64,000 nt of DNA from Oopsacas minuta (Eukaryota; Animalia; Porifera). Both the position numbers and the translations under genes were made by a program. The stretch covers positions 186,001-250,000 of the forward strand of contig JAKMXF010000122.1 in assembly GCA_024704765.1 (NCBI GenBank), in the 5' to 3' direction. The notes under the pieces were generated by a model. That model had not been told where the DNA came from and searched no databases. It saw nothing but the letters and a program-made list of their open reading frames with translations. Below, one piece after another: positions 49,901-63,590 of this stretch (position 1 is its first letter; the number at the start of each line of letters is the position of its first letter).

Positions 49901-51102
49901 GTGAAGTAGGAAGCCCATGAAAAGTGGGCCGGCTATGCAGACTCATGGCCTATAGAATTAACATTATTTCATAGAAATTGGCATTTGTCGCCTTGCTTCC
50001 CAACGCCCTTACCAAAAGATATTTTTTGTTACTGGAGAGCTGTCAGTACGTGATATTTATATCAAGCCTTGGATAAATTTGGACGTGAATTCACAACTTC
50101 TTTTGTTTCAACACTATGATATCTCAGTCACCTATCAAGTATACCCCATACCAGGGCTCTCAACCTGGAAAGCTTCAAAATCTTGTGTTTCATCAATTAT
50201 CTCACGATTCTATCGTGAGGAGATGTGCAAATTAGTATTTGTAAATATTGACACTCACTACGAGATCTTGAGAGATGAGAGCATTGACATGACCATGAGT
50301 TGCGAGTGCTCCTTCATGTAATTATCACTTCTCAATTATGTCTCAAGATATACAAATAAAACTATTGATAGAAAAAATGCATTGTATCATTTACAGTGGA
50401 TTTGAAAGCTCCTTACTATTGCATGGCTTGGACGTATCCCTTGTTTATGGTGTACTTAGGACAAGAGAAGTGCGCTGGGTAGTGGTGCATTGAACCAAGA
50501 TAATCAGATCACCACAATATTTACGAAACTTGTGATATATATCATGGAGAATCGAAAATCGTGCAATCAACTACGATGGAATTGAAGAGAGTGAAGCATA
50601 TTATTTTTTGCCTGTAGATTTTATGTGATGTTCAACCTACCTTAATGGTACTTACTACTTGAAATAGGACACAAGTTACACGAAGCGATCCCCAGGAAAA
50701 TGTCTGATAAAGAAAAAGAATTCCATGGATTACTCAGAATATGTAATTTAGCGATGTTGTAGCCTCTTGCTTCGGGAAAGAGACTGTGGGAGATTTCAAA
50801 ATGGCGTACTCAATTTGAACAAGGATTTGTACAAATAGCCCTCCATTCTCCTACAAAAGTCCATTATATGTCGCGTCTTTAACTGTTGGAATGGTTTAGC
50901 GTAGTTTCGGAACAAGGAACAGAATCTACTATTCTAGATTCGGTAAACTTTGGGAGACAAGATTTATAAGTTTACCGAAAAGTCTCTACTGAAAAAATTC
51001 AAACTACACCTAAAGCTCTACAAAACACAATTTTAGGAGTAATCTTTCTGAATTTCATTAGGTCAGCATAGGTAATTAGCTATATATACATATATATATA
51101 TA

Positions 51103-52011
51103 CAGTCAATGGACAAAAGTATTCGACCACACAAATATATTGTCACAAATTGTATACTCTTTCCCGCTCCTATATATTGTGTAGTCTATATTCGTAGCTG
51201 CAATCTAGTAATTTGCATAGAATAACATATGTTTTTTTGAGAATTTCAAAAAATATTTTCGATTTACACTTTTTGAAGGTGTTAATTATTAATAATTATT
51301 AGATAATTATTGATAATCAAAATATATGGTAATTCAAAACCTATTAAGAATCTGTATTTTCTGACTTGATATTTGAATTCTACGTAGGCGAGTTACCCTA
51401 GATTTAAATTTCCAATGGGATTGAACAATTTTTACCAAAGTTATAGAAGAATTTCAATTTGTGCCACTTGAGCCACTTTTTGAAAAAAAGTGACACAGGC
51501 GGCAGGAAAAAGCGCCACTATAAGGAAATCAACTAGGGTTAGGAGGAATAAGTCAAAGTAATATTTTCGAATGATATGACTATGCTAACCCTTGAATTAC
51601 AAAATAACCTCTTGGTAACGACCACTTGTGCCACCTTGGGCAAAAGGTGCCACAAATTGAAATTCTTCTATAACTTTGGTAAAAATTGTTCAATCCCATT
51701 GGAAATTTAAATCTAGGGTAACTCGCCTACGTAGAATTCAAATATCAAGTCAGAAATTATAGATTCTTAATAGGTTTTGAATTACCACATATTTTGATAT
51801 CAATAATTATCTAATAATTATTATTAATTAACACCTTCAAAAAGTGTAAATCGAAAATATTTTTTTGAAATTCTCAAAAAAACATATGTTATTCTATGCA
51901 AATTACTAGATTGCAGCTACGAATATAGACTACACAATATATAGGAGCGGGAAAGAGTATACAATTTATGACAATATATTTGTGTAGTCGAATACTTTTG
52001 TCCATTGACTG
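51103..52011. mobile_element. Palindromic Tc1-type MITE (909 bp; 361-bp arms, 187-bp spacer) in a (TA)n tract
   Basis: Arms 51103-51463 and 51651-52011 are reverse complements with about 8 differences. Termini CAGTCAATGGACAAAAGT, flanked by TA microsatellites. No ORF. Confidence 0.92.
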
Positions 52012-54409
52012 TATATATATATATATATATATATATAAATATAATCATAGCATGTTAGTATTGGTAATTTAGGTTTTGATTGATATTAACATTGTAATTT
52101 TAGGATTTAACTTATTCCCATGTCTATTTCTATCCTAAATAGATACGGTTAACAATGCTTATAATTAAACTTCAGGGAAACAAAGATTGTTTTTATGTGA
52201 CAAAGACTTCATCATAAGGACTCAACATAAATCAATTCCTATGTGGTCATTTCTTGGGCGTATAGAAAATTCTGTGAAATTCGGTATCTATAAACTCTAC
52301 TTCTTGGGCTTACGACGAGTTTTGCAGTTCTTTACACGGGATTGGTTGCGTTCCCTGTGCCAGCAAATGCCGGAGCTGCTGGATCATATGTTTGTATTAT
52401 TTTTGTGGGTGTCGGAGAGTTTCACAGTAATTAATTGTTGTATGAAAATATTTAATACAGTTGAGTATAGAATTATAGATCTATTACATATCGTAAATCC
52501 GCAAAATCTCCTATCGTGAATTTATTTTGAGGAAAGTTGTAATGTTATCAGATAACACTAGAGAATGTAAAAATGGAAAATAACTTCTATGATTGAAATC
52601 CGATTACCCGGCCTGGAAGAAAGTACATTTAAATTGACTGTTTTACTTCCTATAGAGAAAACAACAATTCTCTAAACAGTCGTTGGTATAAAGCAGAATA
52701 TGACTTGTATATAAGTAGTGTGATCGAGAATAAATATGGATATATCAATTATTGCTCCAGTTAGATTATGAATTCATATCACAATGCATTCAAATGTATG
52801 CCAAGTTTGTTGTACATATTGGCTGAACTGATTTGATCAACTTTTTCGACCCTCAGGTTCTATGTGGGACTTAACATGATGTGCCATCCACTTTATCTCC
52901 AATTCTTCGGTAATGAGACAACGTCACAACAAGCGTATGGAAATCTTTAAAACATTTGGTGATAAATCTGAAATCGACAAATTTGTCAAAGTTACAATTG
53001 TGTCAATTGATGTGATTTTTTATTTTTTTCTCAAGCAAGGATTGTTTTTACAGTTATCTAATCCGTTGATGGTCAGCAATTATAGTACTCATAGTTACAA
53101 CACCTCTAGAGAAAGACAGTTTGATATTAAATATCCAGCTAATCTCTGAAACAGCCAAATCTGCCACAAAAAGGTTCAATAACTCATTAAGGGATTATTT
53201 AAACGTTACGTAACTCTACAAGGGGAGGTTTACAATGCGTAGTGTGATATCTCCGTCTTAATTACAAAACGGTGAAAAATCGTGAGATGAGCCCAAAATT
53301 TTGTAAATTTTGGGTTACTTAACGCTTGTATGGCCCTAAAGTGTATTTCAAAGTAATTTGTGTCGAGATCTAAGTATTTTTGTTTCGATATTTTAAGAAA
53401 TATTTCAATTTTATGTGGTCAATGAATATGATTAGGAATCATACACTAACAACGCTAGAATGTTTCAACAATGTAAGTATTTGAAAGTATTTTGCTCACG
53501 TACTATTTTCAACAATTTTGCTACACACCTACAATACTCTGCGTCAATGTGCGGAGACACTCAGGTAGTTGAGAAGAATTGAATAACGTGTCATTGGATT
53601 TGCTGTGGACCAATTTTCAGATGAATACTGTTACATTCATAGTTAATTCCTGCGTTTCTTGCCAATATTCTCTCCACAGTCTGTTCAATTGCTCATAACC
53701 ATGGGAAATTTCTGTTGACCACCAACTTCGAGGTATCTGGATTTAATTCAAATTTTTGCTTGTGTAAAGTGAAATTAGTAGTCACAATATTGGTTACGAT
53801 CTGACCGTTGGGTTTTATGGGATATAAACTATTCGAAAACATATTGTATAATTATGTGACATCCGCACCAAAACCCCTACAAACTATACATTTCTGACAC
53901 TATCATATATATTTTGTGTTTCTATAGTTCGCATGGAAAGACAGTAAAATTGATGACTTAATCTGTTGGATAACTCTCTTAGGAAGGTTGTATAAGAAAG
54001 AATTAGAATTATTGATTCAAAAATATGAAGAATGTAGGGATGATTTGATATTGATAATAAATGAAAGGAGTGAAGAATTAGTTGAGGAAAGAATTGCTTT
54101 AGAAAATGCTCTTATTTCTGAAGAAACATATGTTTAGATATATGTACAATATATTTTATGTTTCAAAATCTATTTGTGTATGAAAATCCCGTTTACGTAA
54201 CTGTATTTCTTTTGGTTTATTATTATTTGTTCGATTATACCCAATGATAATCGTATTGTACGTGATTTTGTTTTTTGTTTGGGCAACCAGTGTGAAGATC
54301 AGCTAATTTAGATTTTCTAGCCTTGCCTTGATATATTATATTAGCAGCTTCAGAAGTAATTAACTAACTTCATTCTATTTAATACTAGATTACAAATCTT
54401 ATTTCACCA

Positions 54410-55130
54410 ATGGCTGAACCAGAACCCAAGAAAGTAAAGAGATATTGCTTATTCAATGGTGCTTTCTAAAATTGATGAAGTTACTGCAAAGTGTCTTCTT
54501 TGTAAGAGGCACCGGGATTGTCAGAAACACAGAATTTCTAACTGTCTGCATCTCCTTCAGATTCAATGGCTACCTTTTACTGTAAAATAGTCATGAAGAA
54601 GATATTGTCCTCCAGCTGAACTCACGATGGTTACCATCGAATCATACATCATCTCAACTATTTATCAATGGATTGTTCATTAAACTTCTACCAATCATAT
54701 GCCCTGATTCCAAAATTACAAGGAAAATGTATTGTACCAGAAACAAAGCTGAGACTAAATTTCTCATATTGTATGTTCTCATTCAATTGAATTAACTGTC
54801 AAAAGAATTAAACTCTCAAAGAGTATCCCATACTCTGCTTCTACTGATGCCTCTAACATAGGGAATCTTAAACGCTATCATTTAGCGGTATTTAATATTA
54901 TAATTATATGTTTCAAAGATTTGGGTTATTGACTTTTATCAATGCCCTGATGAAACTCCTGATTCTATTTACATCAATATTATATTTAGACATTCTCAAA
55001 AAGGCGTTGATGTAAACAATCTAGTACGCGATGGTTCTGACAATGCTTTTGTGAATTATGACCGACATCATTGTATTTATGCTGATATCAACCAAGTTTG
55101 TCCTAAACGTATATCTTCGAATTGTAATTA
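54410..55130 (+). pseudogene. Decayed hAT transposase remnant
   Basis: Across frames: PDSKITRKMYCTRNKAE, YSASTDASNIGNLKR, IDFYQCPDET and SDNAFVNY, all hAT-like. Many stops and frameshifts; no TIRs found. Confidence 0.65.
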
Positions 55131-56516
55131 TCATATAATCAGTTGTGGATACAGGATTAAACTTCAAGGGGGCTTGCCTCCCAGAAAAAATCTTCAATGG
55201 GAAATATCAATGTATAGCGCTAGGTACCTAAATTCTAATAATTTTAAATAAAAAATGCCCTAAATTCGTGGGTTCTTTATCACTGGTCCTCTCACTGCCA
55301 GCGTTATCTTTGTGAGAGTAGAGTATTCTGACTCGATTGAAATGCCCCTTACCTCACAAATCTCATTACCCACAACGCTACCCTCACTTTGATTGCCAAC
55401 TTGAGACCAAATGGAACCGATCACCACTCGCCTACGTTTGGCTTCATTTAGCCAACTAAATATTTTCAGATATTGAATAGGGTAGGACTAATTTAACATT
55501 TGACGCTTTGAAATAATTGCGTCAACAACAAATGTTGGCGTAGATGATGACGAGTATACAATGAATTCTGTATATTCAGAGAGTGGAAATCAAGATAAAA
55601 TTATTTTAATAACACCATCGACCAACAGTGGTGAACTTTTCTCTGTCGCTGAATGTACCAATATTTTAATATTGGTAGAATTTGCACTCGCAGTTACAGT
55701 ATATATGGTTTAGTACAGGTATAAGAGACAGCGGCGGCACACAATCCCCGAAATCAGTGCTTTCAGAAAATGCGGTGAGAAACGCTGCCGTTGAAAGAAA
55801 TCGTCTAAGTACTGATATGGCTAAAACTGAACTATTCCCTCTCATGCAATAATAATTCTAATATAAATAAACAGCATTTAAATTACGCCTCTTACAAATG
55901 TCTCGAAGCTCTTAAAGTGGAATAAGACCATAAGAACAGGAGGAGAGTGTGTGCGAGGTAAGGTGTGTTTTGTGGAAAAATTTGAGGCAAAGTACAGATA
56001 AAGGAGAAAAATGATTCTGTTCGTCACTGCACAGAAATCGGTTTCAAACTGGATTTAAACCACGAATAAGTTTCTGAAGCTCGAATTCGGTGTGGGAGGG
56101 AATTATATACTCCTAGAGCAAAAGTAGAAAAGATCCTGTTACCATATGTTTTTGAGCTTTGACCTAGGCTTGTCGAGATTTACATAGTTGGAGTTTGTAG
56201 AACGCATGTGTTGCGTATGGTGGACAGGCCTTACAGGGCCGTGTTAGTAATGCAATCTGCCCAGGTCAAACCTAGGTAGAATTTTTCCAGGCCAGGTTTT
56301 GATCAGGTAACCTGGCCATATGGCCATGTCACTACCTGGTTAAATGATCAGGTGGCAGCCTGGGCACTGAAAATAGTGGATACATTTAGAATCTAGATAG
56401 TTGGCAACTATACGTACATATTCGTATGTAATAAAATCGATAAGAGTATACGTAGTTCCACATCGTTTGTTTGTTCTAATATAGATAACTATGAGGTTTT
56501 GAATTAATATGATATA

Positions 56517-57842
56517 CAGGGTGTTTCACAATTGATGTCGTATTTTCTAAATTTGTTTATTGTGCACCCATGCAATAATATCTGTGTATTTAAACTTGCA
56601 ATCGTAATTTATCTTACAGGGTTCTATTGAGTAATTATTTCATTCATCAATCGAAACATTTTATAGCTTCTATTTCCATATCCAAATTGGGCTAATTATT
56701 TGCATAATATAATGGTGAAAGAATACAGTATCATGATTCGCTCACAGGCTGTTGGCATGCTACAAGCTGACTCTTCTCAGAAGTTTGTGTCTCTTAAACT
56801 TGGAGTTAATATCCGTACAGTTCAGCGTTGGTGGCGACTTTTCAAGAATGATTTGGCATTAGAAATCAAAGGGGAACGTGGCCGTAAATCGTCCATATCG
56901 AAAGTTGCCAAGATTGTAATCAGTAAATCAATTGGCAAAAAGCGACAGTCTGTACGTGGTCTATCCAAGAAATTGAAGTTGAAGGGTCATTCCGTATCTC
57001 AGAGTACAGTGTACCGCTATTTGACAAAAGAAAAGGGCGTAAATCTTACAAACACCGGTGGCAGCCGTTAATAACAGAAAAACATGGCTGCTAAGTAAAG
57101 TTTTGTAAAGAACGTGTCAATTGGACAGCAAATGATTGGAAAACATATTATTTACAGATGAATCACCGTTTGAGTTAAATCATCCCCCAAACAGGAAAAA
57201 TGATTGTGTTTAAGCGAGAAACACATTGGATGTCGAGCCCGTTTAGATGGTGAAATTTTCAAAGAAAATTCAAGTATGGGGTATGATGTTACATCGTGCA
57301 CTGTCGGAGTTACACTTCATTCCCGTTGGACAAACTGTATCTGCAGAGTGCTATGTTAGTGAGATACTGGGTAAAACTTTAATGTCTACAATGAATAGAA
57401 AGCGAGAAAGAGGCACAGTTGTTGAGAGGAAAATGTTAAAAAATATGTCCCGTGCGATATTTCAACAAGATGGCGATCCAGCTCACGGCAAACATGACAC
57501 AAAATTGGTTGAGAAGTAACCTAAAGAGTTTTTGGGCGAAAGGTACCTGGCCAGCCAACTCTCCAGACTTGAGTCGCATTGAGAACATATGCTCGATTTT
57601 GAAAGATGATCTAGATTCAATAGGTGAGTTAAAAGACATAACAATGTTGGAAAATCGACTGAAAACAGCATGGTCCAATATTTCACCAGAGGTTTTGGAC
57701 AATTTGATGGATGGAGTGCCAAAACGAATCCATAAGTGTATTGAACTCAGTGGTGGATATATTGGCAAATAAGTGTAGTAATATATCTAGTATTCTATTA
57801 GTTATGTAATAGTGTATAACACATCAATTGTGAAACACCATG
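56517..57842 (+). mobile_element. Tc1-like transposon with DD37E spacing, full-length but decayed
   Basis: 22-bp TIRs CA(G/T)GGTGTTTCACAATTGATGT with 1 mismatch. TA TSDs at 56515-56516 and 57843-57844. Confidence 0.92.
56715..57772 (+). pseudogene. DD37E Tc1-like transposase pseudogene
   Basis: HTH (LGVNIRTVQRWW), LFTDES, FQQDGDPAH and NSPDLSRIE. Repairing a 2-bp deletion at ~57487 gives 37 residues between D and E. Confidence 0.85.
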
Positions 57843-58059
57843 TAATTAAAATTATTGTGCATCAAAAATAGAATAATATTTTTTCGTATATTTTAATGAG
57901 TCAGAGAATAGTCACACCGCATTGGGAGCTGTCACGGAACTGGTCCGGACCAGTTATGGCCGACTATAACTGGTCCATCGCGGGGTAGTAGCTCCATAAT
58001 ATATCACCCTTGGGTAATGTTCTTGGCTTGCCCACATCATACCAGTGCATATTTGAGGA

Positions 58060-58310
58060 CGAGGTATAATCTCTACTATTACACCTGACCAGTTGTTTTT
58101 CACCTTTTACAGAACGATCTACCATGATCAGTATGGGCGCCCACTAAACTACCACTTAGTTATGTATGTCTATAAATATGTTCTAAGAATAATACTTAGT
58201 AAGTGAATGGAAATCCCTTAAGAGACCTTCAATATAGCCTGGCCAGTTATGGATGCCCAACTGGCCCGAGCAGTACAATTTATGGGCCGGCCAGTTGCAC
58301 CGTTACAGCC
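58060..58310. repeat. MITE-like repeat, inverted relative to the copy at 61650-61909
   Basis: Shares GGCGCCCACTAA.CTAC...ATGTCTATAAATATGTTCTAA...TAAGAGACCTTC.ATATAGC with the reverse complement of 61720-61865. Confidence 0.6.
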
Positions 58311-58389
58311 TTGATGTTTACTCTAATTAGGTTTGACCTGGTCAGGGGAAATTAGTCTCGCACTGCCCTGGCCTATCAAATTTTTCAGA

Positions 58390-61330
58390 AAGACAAGTCA
58401 ACTATATGTGGGGATGTTTAATTTTATGATGGATACTTTATACTGGACCCTCTTTTCGATGGGTAGCCAGTGTAATTCTCGGAGTATTGACACAATATGT
58501 TGTCGTTTCTTAGTGAGAGTTACGATACGTGCTGCTGTGTTTTGTATCCTTCGTAAGTTCCAGTAATGGGTTCAATTCATGAATGGAATGTGATTTAAGT
58601 CCATGATTCTTGTAATTATAGGGCTGAGAATGAGAATTAATTCTCATTCCAAGGAATGGGAATGGGAATTCAGCCCTTGATTCCTGGAATTTAAGGGCTG
58701 AGAATGGGAATTAATTCTGATACCAAGGAATGGGAATGGGAATTAGGCTCTTGATTCCTGGAATTCAATGGCTGAGAATGAGTATTAAGTCCGAAAATTT
58801 GTTTTCGTTATGGGAATTGGAGGAAGTAAATCTGAATTGAATCCGTCCTTGTTCGTCATCTAGATAGTTGGTAATTTGGTAAATCACAGAGCAGTGAGTT
58901 ACAATAGTCTATCTTGGTGGTCACAAATGCATGAACTAAGCGTTCTGCTGTTTTATCATCCAAGTAGCTATGTACTTTGGTAAATCGACTAAGTGATAGA
59001 GATGCACTACGGCAGATATCGCTAATGCGGTCGTTAAATAGAAGATGTCTGTCGAATCTAAATCCTAAGTTCCAAACAGGACCCTCAATAATTAGGCCAG
59101 GAATTCTAGAGCCCGATTTAACTTTTGATGAGAAATAGATGAAGTTTGATTAGATTTAAGCTTAATCATCGTGTACCTGGTGTTCAGATCAGTAAGACAC
59201 CCTGTAATCTTGTAGATAGGTGAGCCTGTCCGAGGCCTAATTGAAAAGTATATTTGGTTGTCACCAGCATATGATGATGATGATTGTAAGCCCTAAGCTT
59301 CGATAATATCTTCAATTAGGATAGTGTACAGGGCAAATAGTAATGTGGATGCATAACATAACCTTGTGGTGTCCTCCACTCGACAATTTTCTGAGAAGAA
59401 TGATTTCCGGCAATTTATGTAACCTGTTATCTTTCAGACAGTTATGATATAACCATTGGAGAACTAAACAAGATGTGTCAAACGTGGTTCGCAGTCGATA
59501 GAGTAAAATTTCATGGTCCATTGTGGCAATGGCGCTACTCACGTCGATTAGGACTAGACCTCTTCAAGGCTGTCGTCGAGTGCAGACACGACATTGTTAA
59601 TTACTTTATAAGCGCAGCCTCGATGGTATATGTATACAATATACCGATTCAAGGCGGGGATTTAAGTTGTTATCAGAAACATAGTTGTCAATTTGAGGTG
59701 AAAGAGTCACGTTTTGATAAAAACGAAATATTTGGATTGGATAATCATGTTCTAGCATATCAGGATTTAATGATGCCTTCTTAAGAACTGGAGGACCAGT
59801 GACTTCTTAAATTCAGTAGTAAATATTGCTTCGCCTAGTCATATATAACAAAATGAAAAATGTGAGAAAGTAGTTTGTATGAAATAGATTTAGGAGAGAG
59901 GTAGTTAGCGGATCCAGATCGTAAGACTTTGGTGATTTAGTGATAATTTTGATTCATTTTTCTTCGCCGATAGGTGCTAATGTACTTAAAGCAGATGAAT
60001 TGGTCGCAGAGAGAGACACTGTTAATGTCGAAATGGTATCCTTCTGATTCTTGCAGATATACGTAATCTTCGATTCAAAGAAGTCAGAGAACTTAGTTAC
60101 TAGGTAAGCAATTTAGTTGTGCTTTGGGAGAGTAAGCTTCTTCTAGAATGTTTGTAGATTGCTTATCACTATATATAGCTTTCCAGATTTACAGTACTGG
60201 AATTTTCATTTAGAAGTCATCTTAAGACCGGTCTGGCAACTTCTTAAATTCACGCCTTCCTCCTTTAAACCGCTCCAATTCGGTGTACATGCGATGTTTC
60301 TTACTTCTTGCGAGTCTACGTATGCCCCGGATAATTGCCCTGAGGATGTCTGTGTACATGAAGCGTGTGGGCGAGGCCTCATAGTTCTGTCAAATTCTGA
60401 TCTGTGATTTTGTATGGTGGTACTAAGATTGTGGTAAATCGTCTAACAAGTTCGTATACTGAGTCGGTATCATATCCAAAGTCTGCGCTCTCAATTTCAG
60501 ATAGAAAAGTAATAATATCAAGATCCTAAACTTTCCTGAATGTAATGTTAAACTTTTTGATTTCTGGTCGAGGAAAGTAAATTTTGCACACTATACAACT
60601 ATTATCAGAAGGTACACCGTGAGTTGTCGTTAATGATTTAAAGAGATTTAGCTCAAAGAACCTGGTAAAGACCAGTCCAAGGTATGCCAAGATTTGAGTG
60701 TTGATCTGTAGTAATGTAATTTTAAGCCAAATGGCAAGAGAGTTTGTCCTGGACAGATTGGAATATAGGTCAGTTTGTAGGTCTTGGTGAAAGATAAAAT
60801 CACCAACGAATGTTAACATATTACGGCCGCGGAAAATTCGTCCAAGAATAATATACAGTGAGTTTACTCTTGGTAGAAGACGGAGAGCGATTGGCTGATA
60901 TCAATCTGATTGTTTGATCACAATTCTGATAGTTAAATCCATGTGTTTGAATGATGAAAACTTTGCTTAATTATTTAGCTTGATATCGAAGCCTTTCTTT
61001 AGTATTACAGCAATTCCGCCACCCTGAGAGGGACGTAGAAGGTTTACATATTGTTAGTCTTTGAGCGTTTCCATCAAAATTCACAAGTGATGAGTATCGT
61101 CTGCGTCAATTAAGTTTCCGTGATGGTTTATCAGCTATTATCATCTCCAAAATTGAGGCAGCCTTGTTCTTATAGAGCGAGTATTCCATACATCGAGGCC
61201 ACCATTATCCAAAAAAGTTACAAGACCAGGGGACGTGAACCAGGTTCCGAAAATCACTTGTTGGTACCTCGTGTCTGTACTTTCCTGTCTGTGAGAAGAG
61301 AGAAGGAATTGGGCCGGAAGCCAGTGCGAT
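58390..61330 (-). pseudogene. L2-clade LINE ORF2 fossil (APE endonuclease, reverse transcriptase and C-terminal region)
   Basis: WNTRSI..NK, ITET*L, GGGIAVILKKG, VGDFIFH, ATMDHEILLYRL, YAGDNQIY (decayed YADD), NLGFRFD...LVHAFVTTKIDYCNSLL and RIQNTAARIV...LRELHWLPIEKRVQYK. Confidence 0.9.
58561..58851. mobile_element. GGGAAT-rich MITE with ~74-bp internal tandem units, inserted in the L2 ORF
   Basis: Imperfect TIRs CAGTAATGGGTTCAATTC / GAATTGAATCCGTCCTTG (13 of 18). About 2.2 copies of a 74-bp unit at 58621-58780. Degenerate flanking duplication TTCGTAAG / TTCGTCAT. Splits the L2 peptide QLSR..|RRIQN. Confidence 0.7.
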
Positions 61331-61649
61331 GGTTAAAAGTTTATATAATAATCTAATTAACTGTTAATTTTTATGAAGAGTTTACGCATGGTAAAAGTTT
61401 GTAAAGCGGAAGCCATTTTAGAACACATATGAAGACTATAATTAGTTCTAAATGACTTAACTATTCATATGATTGCAAGGTAATATATGATTACCCGACA
61501 TTGTAATTGAATGCAACATTTTCATTAGTAAATAAAAACGTAGTATATTAATCAAAACAACAAATCAAAATAAGATGCAACAAAATTGCACCGTGTATGG
61601 TTGGCTTAAGCAGTCTTCTCTCTAAGGAATCCGAGGAGGCATATGACAT

Positions 61650-61909
61650 GGCGCAACTATTGCGGGACCAGTCGTAGCACTCATAACTGTTCGGACCCGG
61701 ACTAGTTATCTCCGGCCATGACTGGTCCAGCTATATAGAAGGTCTCTTACCGAAGGTCTATCCAGTTATTAGGGTTAGAACATATTTATAGACATGAATA
61801 ATTCAGTAGTAGATTAGTGGGCGCCAATACTGTTCCTAAATATCGTTCTGCAAAGGGGTGAATTAGTTATGGGCAACAGAACTAGCCCGGCCGACCAAGT
61901 AGTTGCCCC
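61650..61909. mobile_element. 260-bp MITE-like repeat
   Basis: Termini GGCGCAACTA / TAGTTGCCCC, internal GGACCAGT/ACTGGTCC motifs, and a second copy at ~58060-58310. Confidence 0.55.
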
Positions 61910-62544
61910 CTCCCCGTATAGTTCTCATTTTTAGACCTTACTATCCCGGAATTTTCGCTCCAAAAAATTTGATCACCAGGATAATTCCCTGAAATGTATA
62001 ATCTTTTAGCCTGTATCACGGATTTTTGATCATACATCCTGGAATTTGACAGCATCCCCATCATAATTTCTCCCAAAAAATTGAGGGAAGTGTAATCAAG
62101 TTATGCTGTAGCGAAATAATGTCCTTCCCTCAAATATAGTGATTAGTCATCGACGCTTTTTGTCCAATTTTAGTGTTCTAAGTTCTCTGTTCATTATTCC
62201 ACTAGCTTTATGACTTCAAAATAACCCCTAGCATCAATTAATAAGGAATCACCTACCAGTACAATACTATAGTTGTACCCAAATGCCAAACAAGATTTAG
62301 TTATGCTGAATAGTAGCAAATTATGTTATTTACGAAATTTCAAAAGGTAAAATGACTTCATGATTTCATCATTAGTGTGAATTCCGTCCAAAACTCAAAA
62401 ATGTCCTAGCCAGGCGAATTAGCCCTGTGGGCAGCAGTTCTCTTCAATCATTTTCGGACATACAAATATCTATCTCTCTCTAAATATATATATATACAAT
62501 TACAAAGCAATCAATCTAATGCGCATTCTTTGTTAGGTCTGTTA

Positions 62545-62857
62545 CGTAGGATTTTGACCCGCAATATAAAATCCTAATAGCATATCCATGGTGCGGGTCA
62601 AAATCCTACGATTTAATATATGCGTAGGATTTTGACCCGCATCAAAATGTATTACACTAATTACAGCCGTTGGATTTTGACCCGCATATTATATATTATT
62701 GTCGTAGGATTTTGACCCGCATATAATGAATTATTGTCGTAGGATTTTGACCCGCATATAATGAATTATTGTCGTAGGATTTTGATCCGCATATAATTTA
62801 TTATTGTAGTAGGATTTGACCCGCATACAATATATTATTGTCGTAGGACTTTGACCC
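62545..62857. repeat. Tandem array with core CGTAGGATTTTGACCCGCA (35-bp period; 8 direct copies and 1 inverted)
   Basis: Cores at 62545, 62623, 62668, 62703, 62738, 62773, 62808 and 62842; inverted core at 62592-62610. Confidence 0.9.
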
Positions 62858-63590
62858 TAAAGTAATCTTCTCTTTCATTGACTTTTTCGAATTCCATACA
62901 CTCTCATTACGTAATTACCACTAAATGTCATAATGTAATTCAACTTTAGACTTGCCATACATATACGTAACTGAATAAACAAGTCAATTTAGAGTTGGAT
63001 TCTAGAAAGTAGTGAATTTCTTTAATAACGTGTAAACTATATTCCCACTACGTATTACAAATTTACAATATGTATAATTATCCAAAATGCCAATAATAGA
63101 CAGTGTATATAAATATTATATAACAATATTATTTGTACAGAAGGTGGTAGGTATTTGATAATTATATTTAATAACTCATAATAAATAATATAATTTAACA
63201 TGTCAATCTATATATTGCAATATATTCTATCAAATAACAAAAATTTTACAAGCATTAGCATGATAATGAATATTCGGAATATCTTAAGTACAAATTGTAG
63301 GCGATTTCACCTTTGCCCTTTTCTCTATACTTCCTAACAAGCTTTAAGGGATATACCACTGAAATATGTTCATCTATTGCACAAGCGTAGACTATGCATT
63401 TTATACGGGAGTCTTAGTCTAATGTTGATATACATATAGAGTTGAGGTGAAAACCGCAAGCCTCTGGCACGCTGTATACTCCTGGAAAACACTAGATTTC
63501 TATAAACAAAACAAGTCAGCTGCGGTGGCCTCCTCCTTCCCCTTACAGCCACCCCCTAACGTTAAACGTTTAACATTAACCTCACCTTGT

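Noticed and set aside
53560-53800. YqaJ-like nuclease hint (LVVNRNFPWL*A)
   Set aside because: The expected SPDG and EIKC motifs are missing.
58621-58790. GGGAAT repeats as an interstitial telomere
   Set aside because: The hexamer is part of a 74-bp higher-order unit inside a TIR-bounded MITE, not a pure telomeric tract.
62545-62857. CRISPR-like repeat-spacer pattern (19-bp core plus ~16-bp AT-rich gap)
   Set aside because: The gaps are near-identical and too short, one unit is inverted, the context is eukaryotic, and there are no cas genes.
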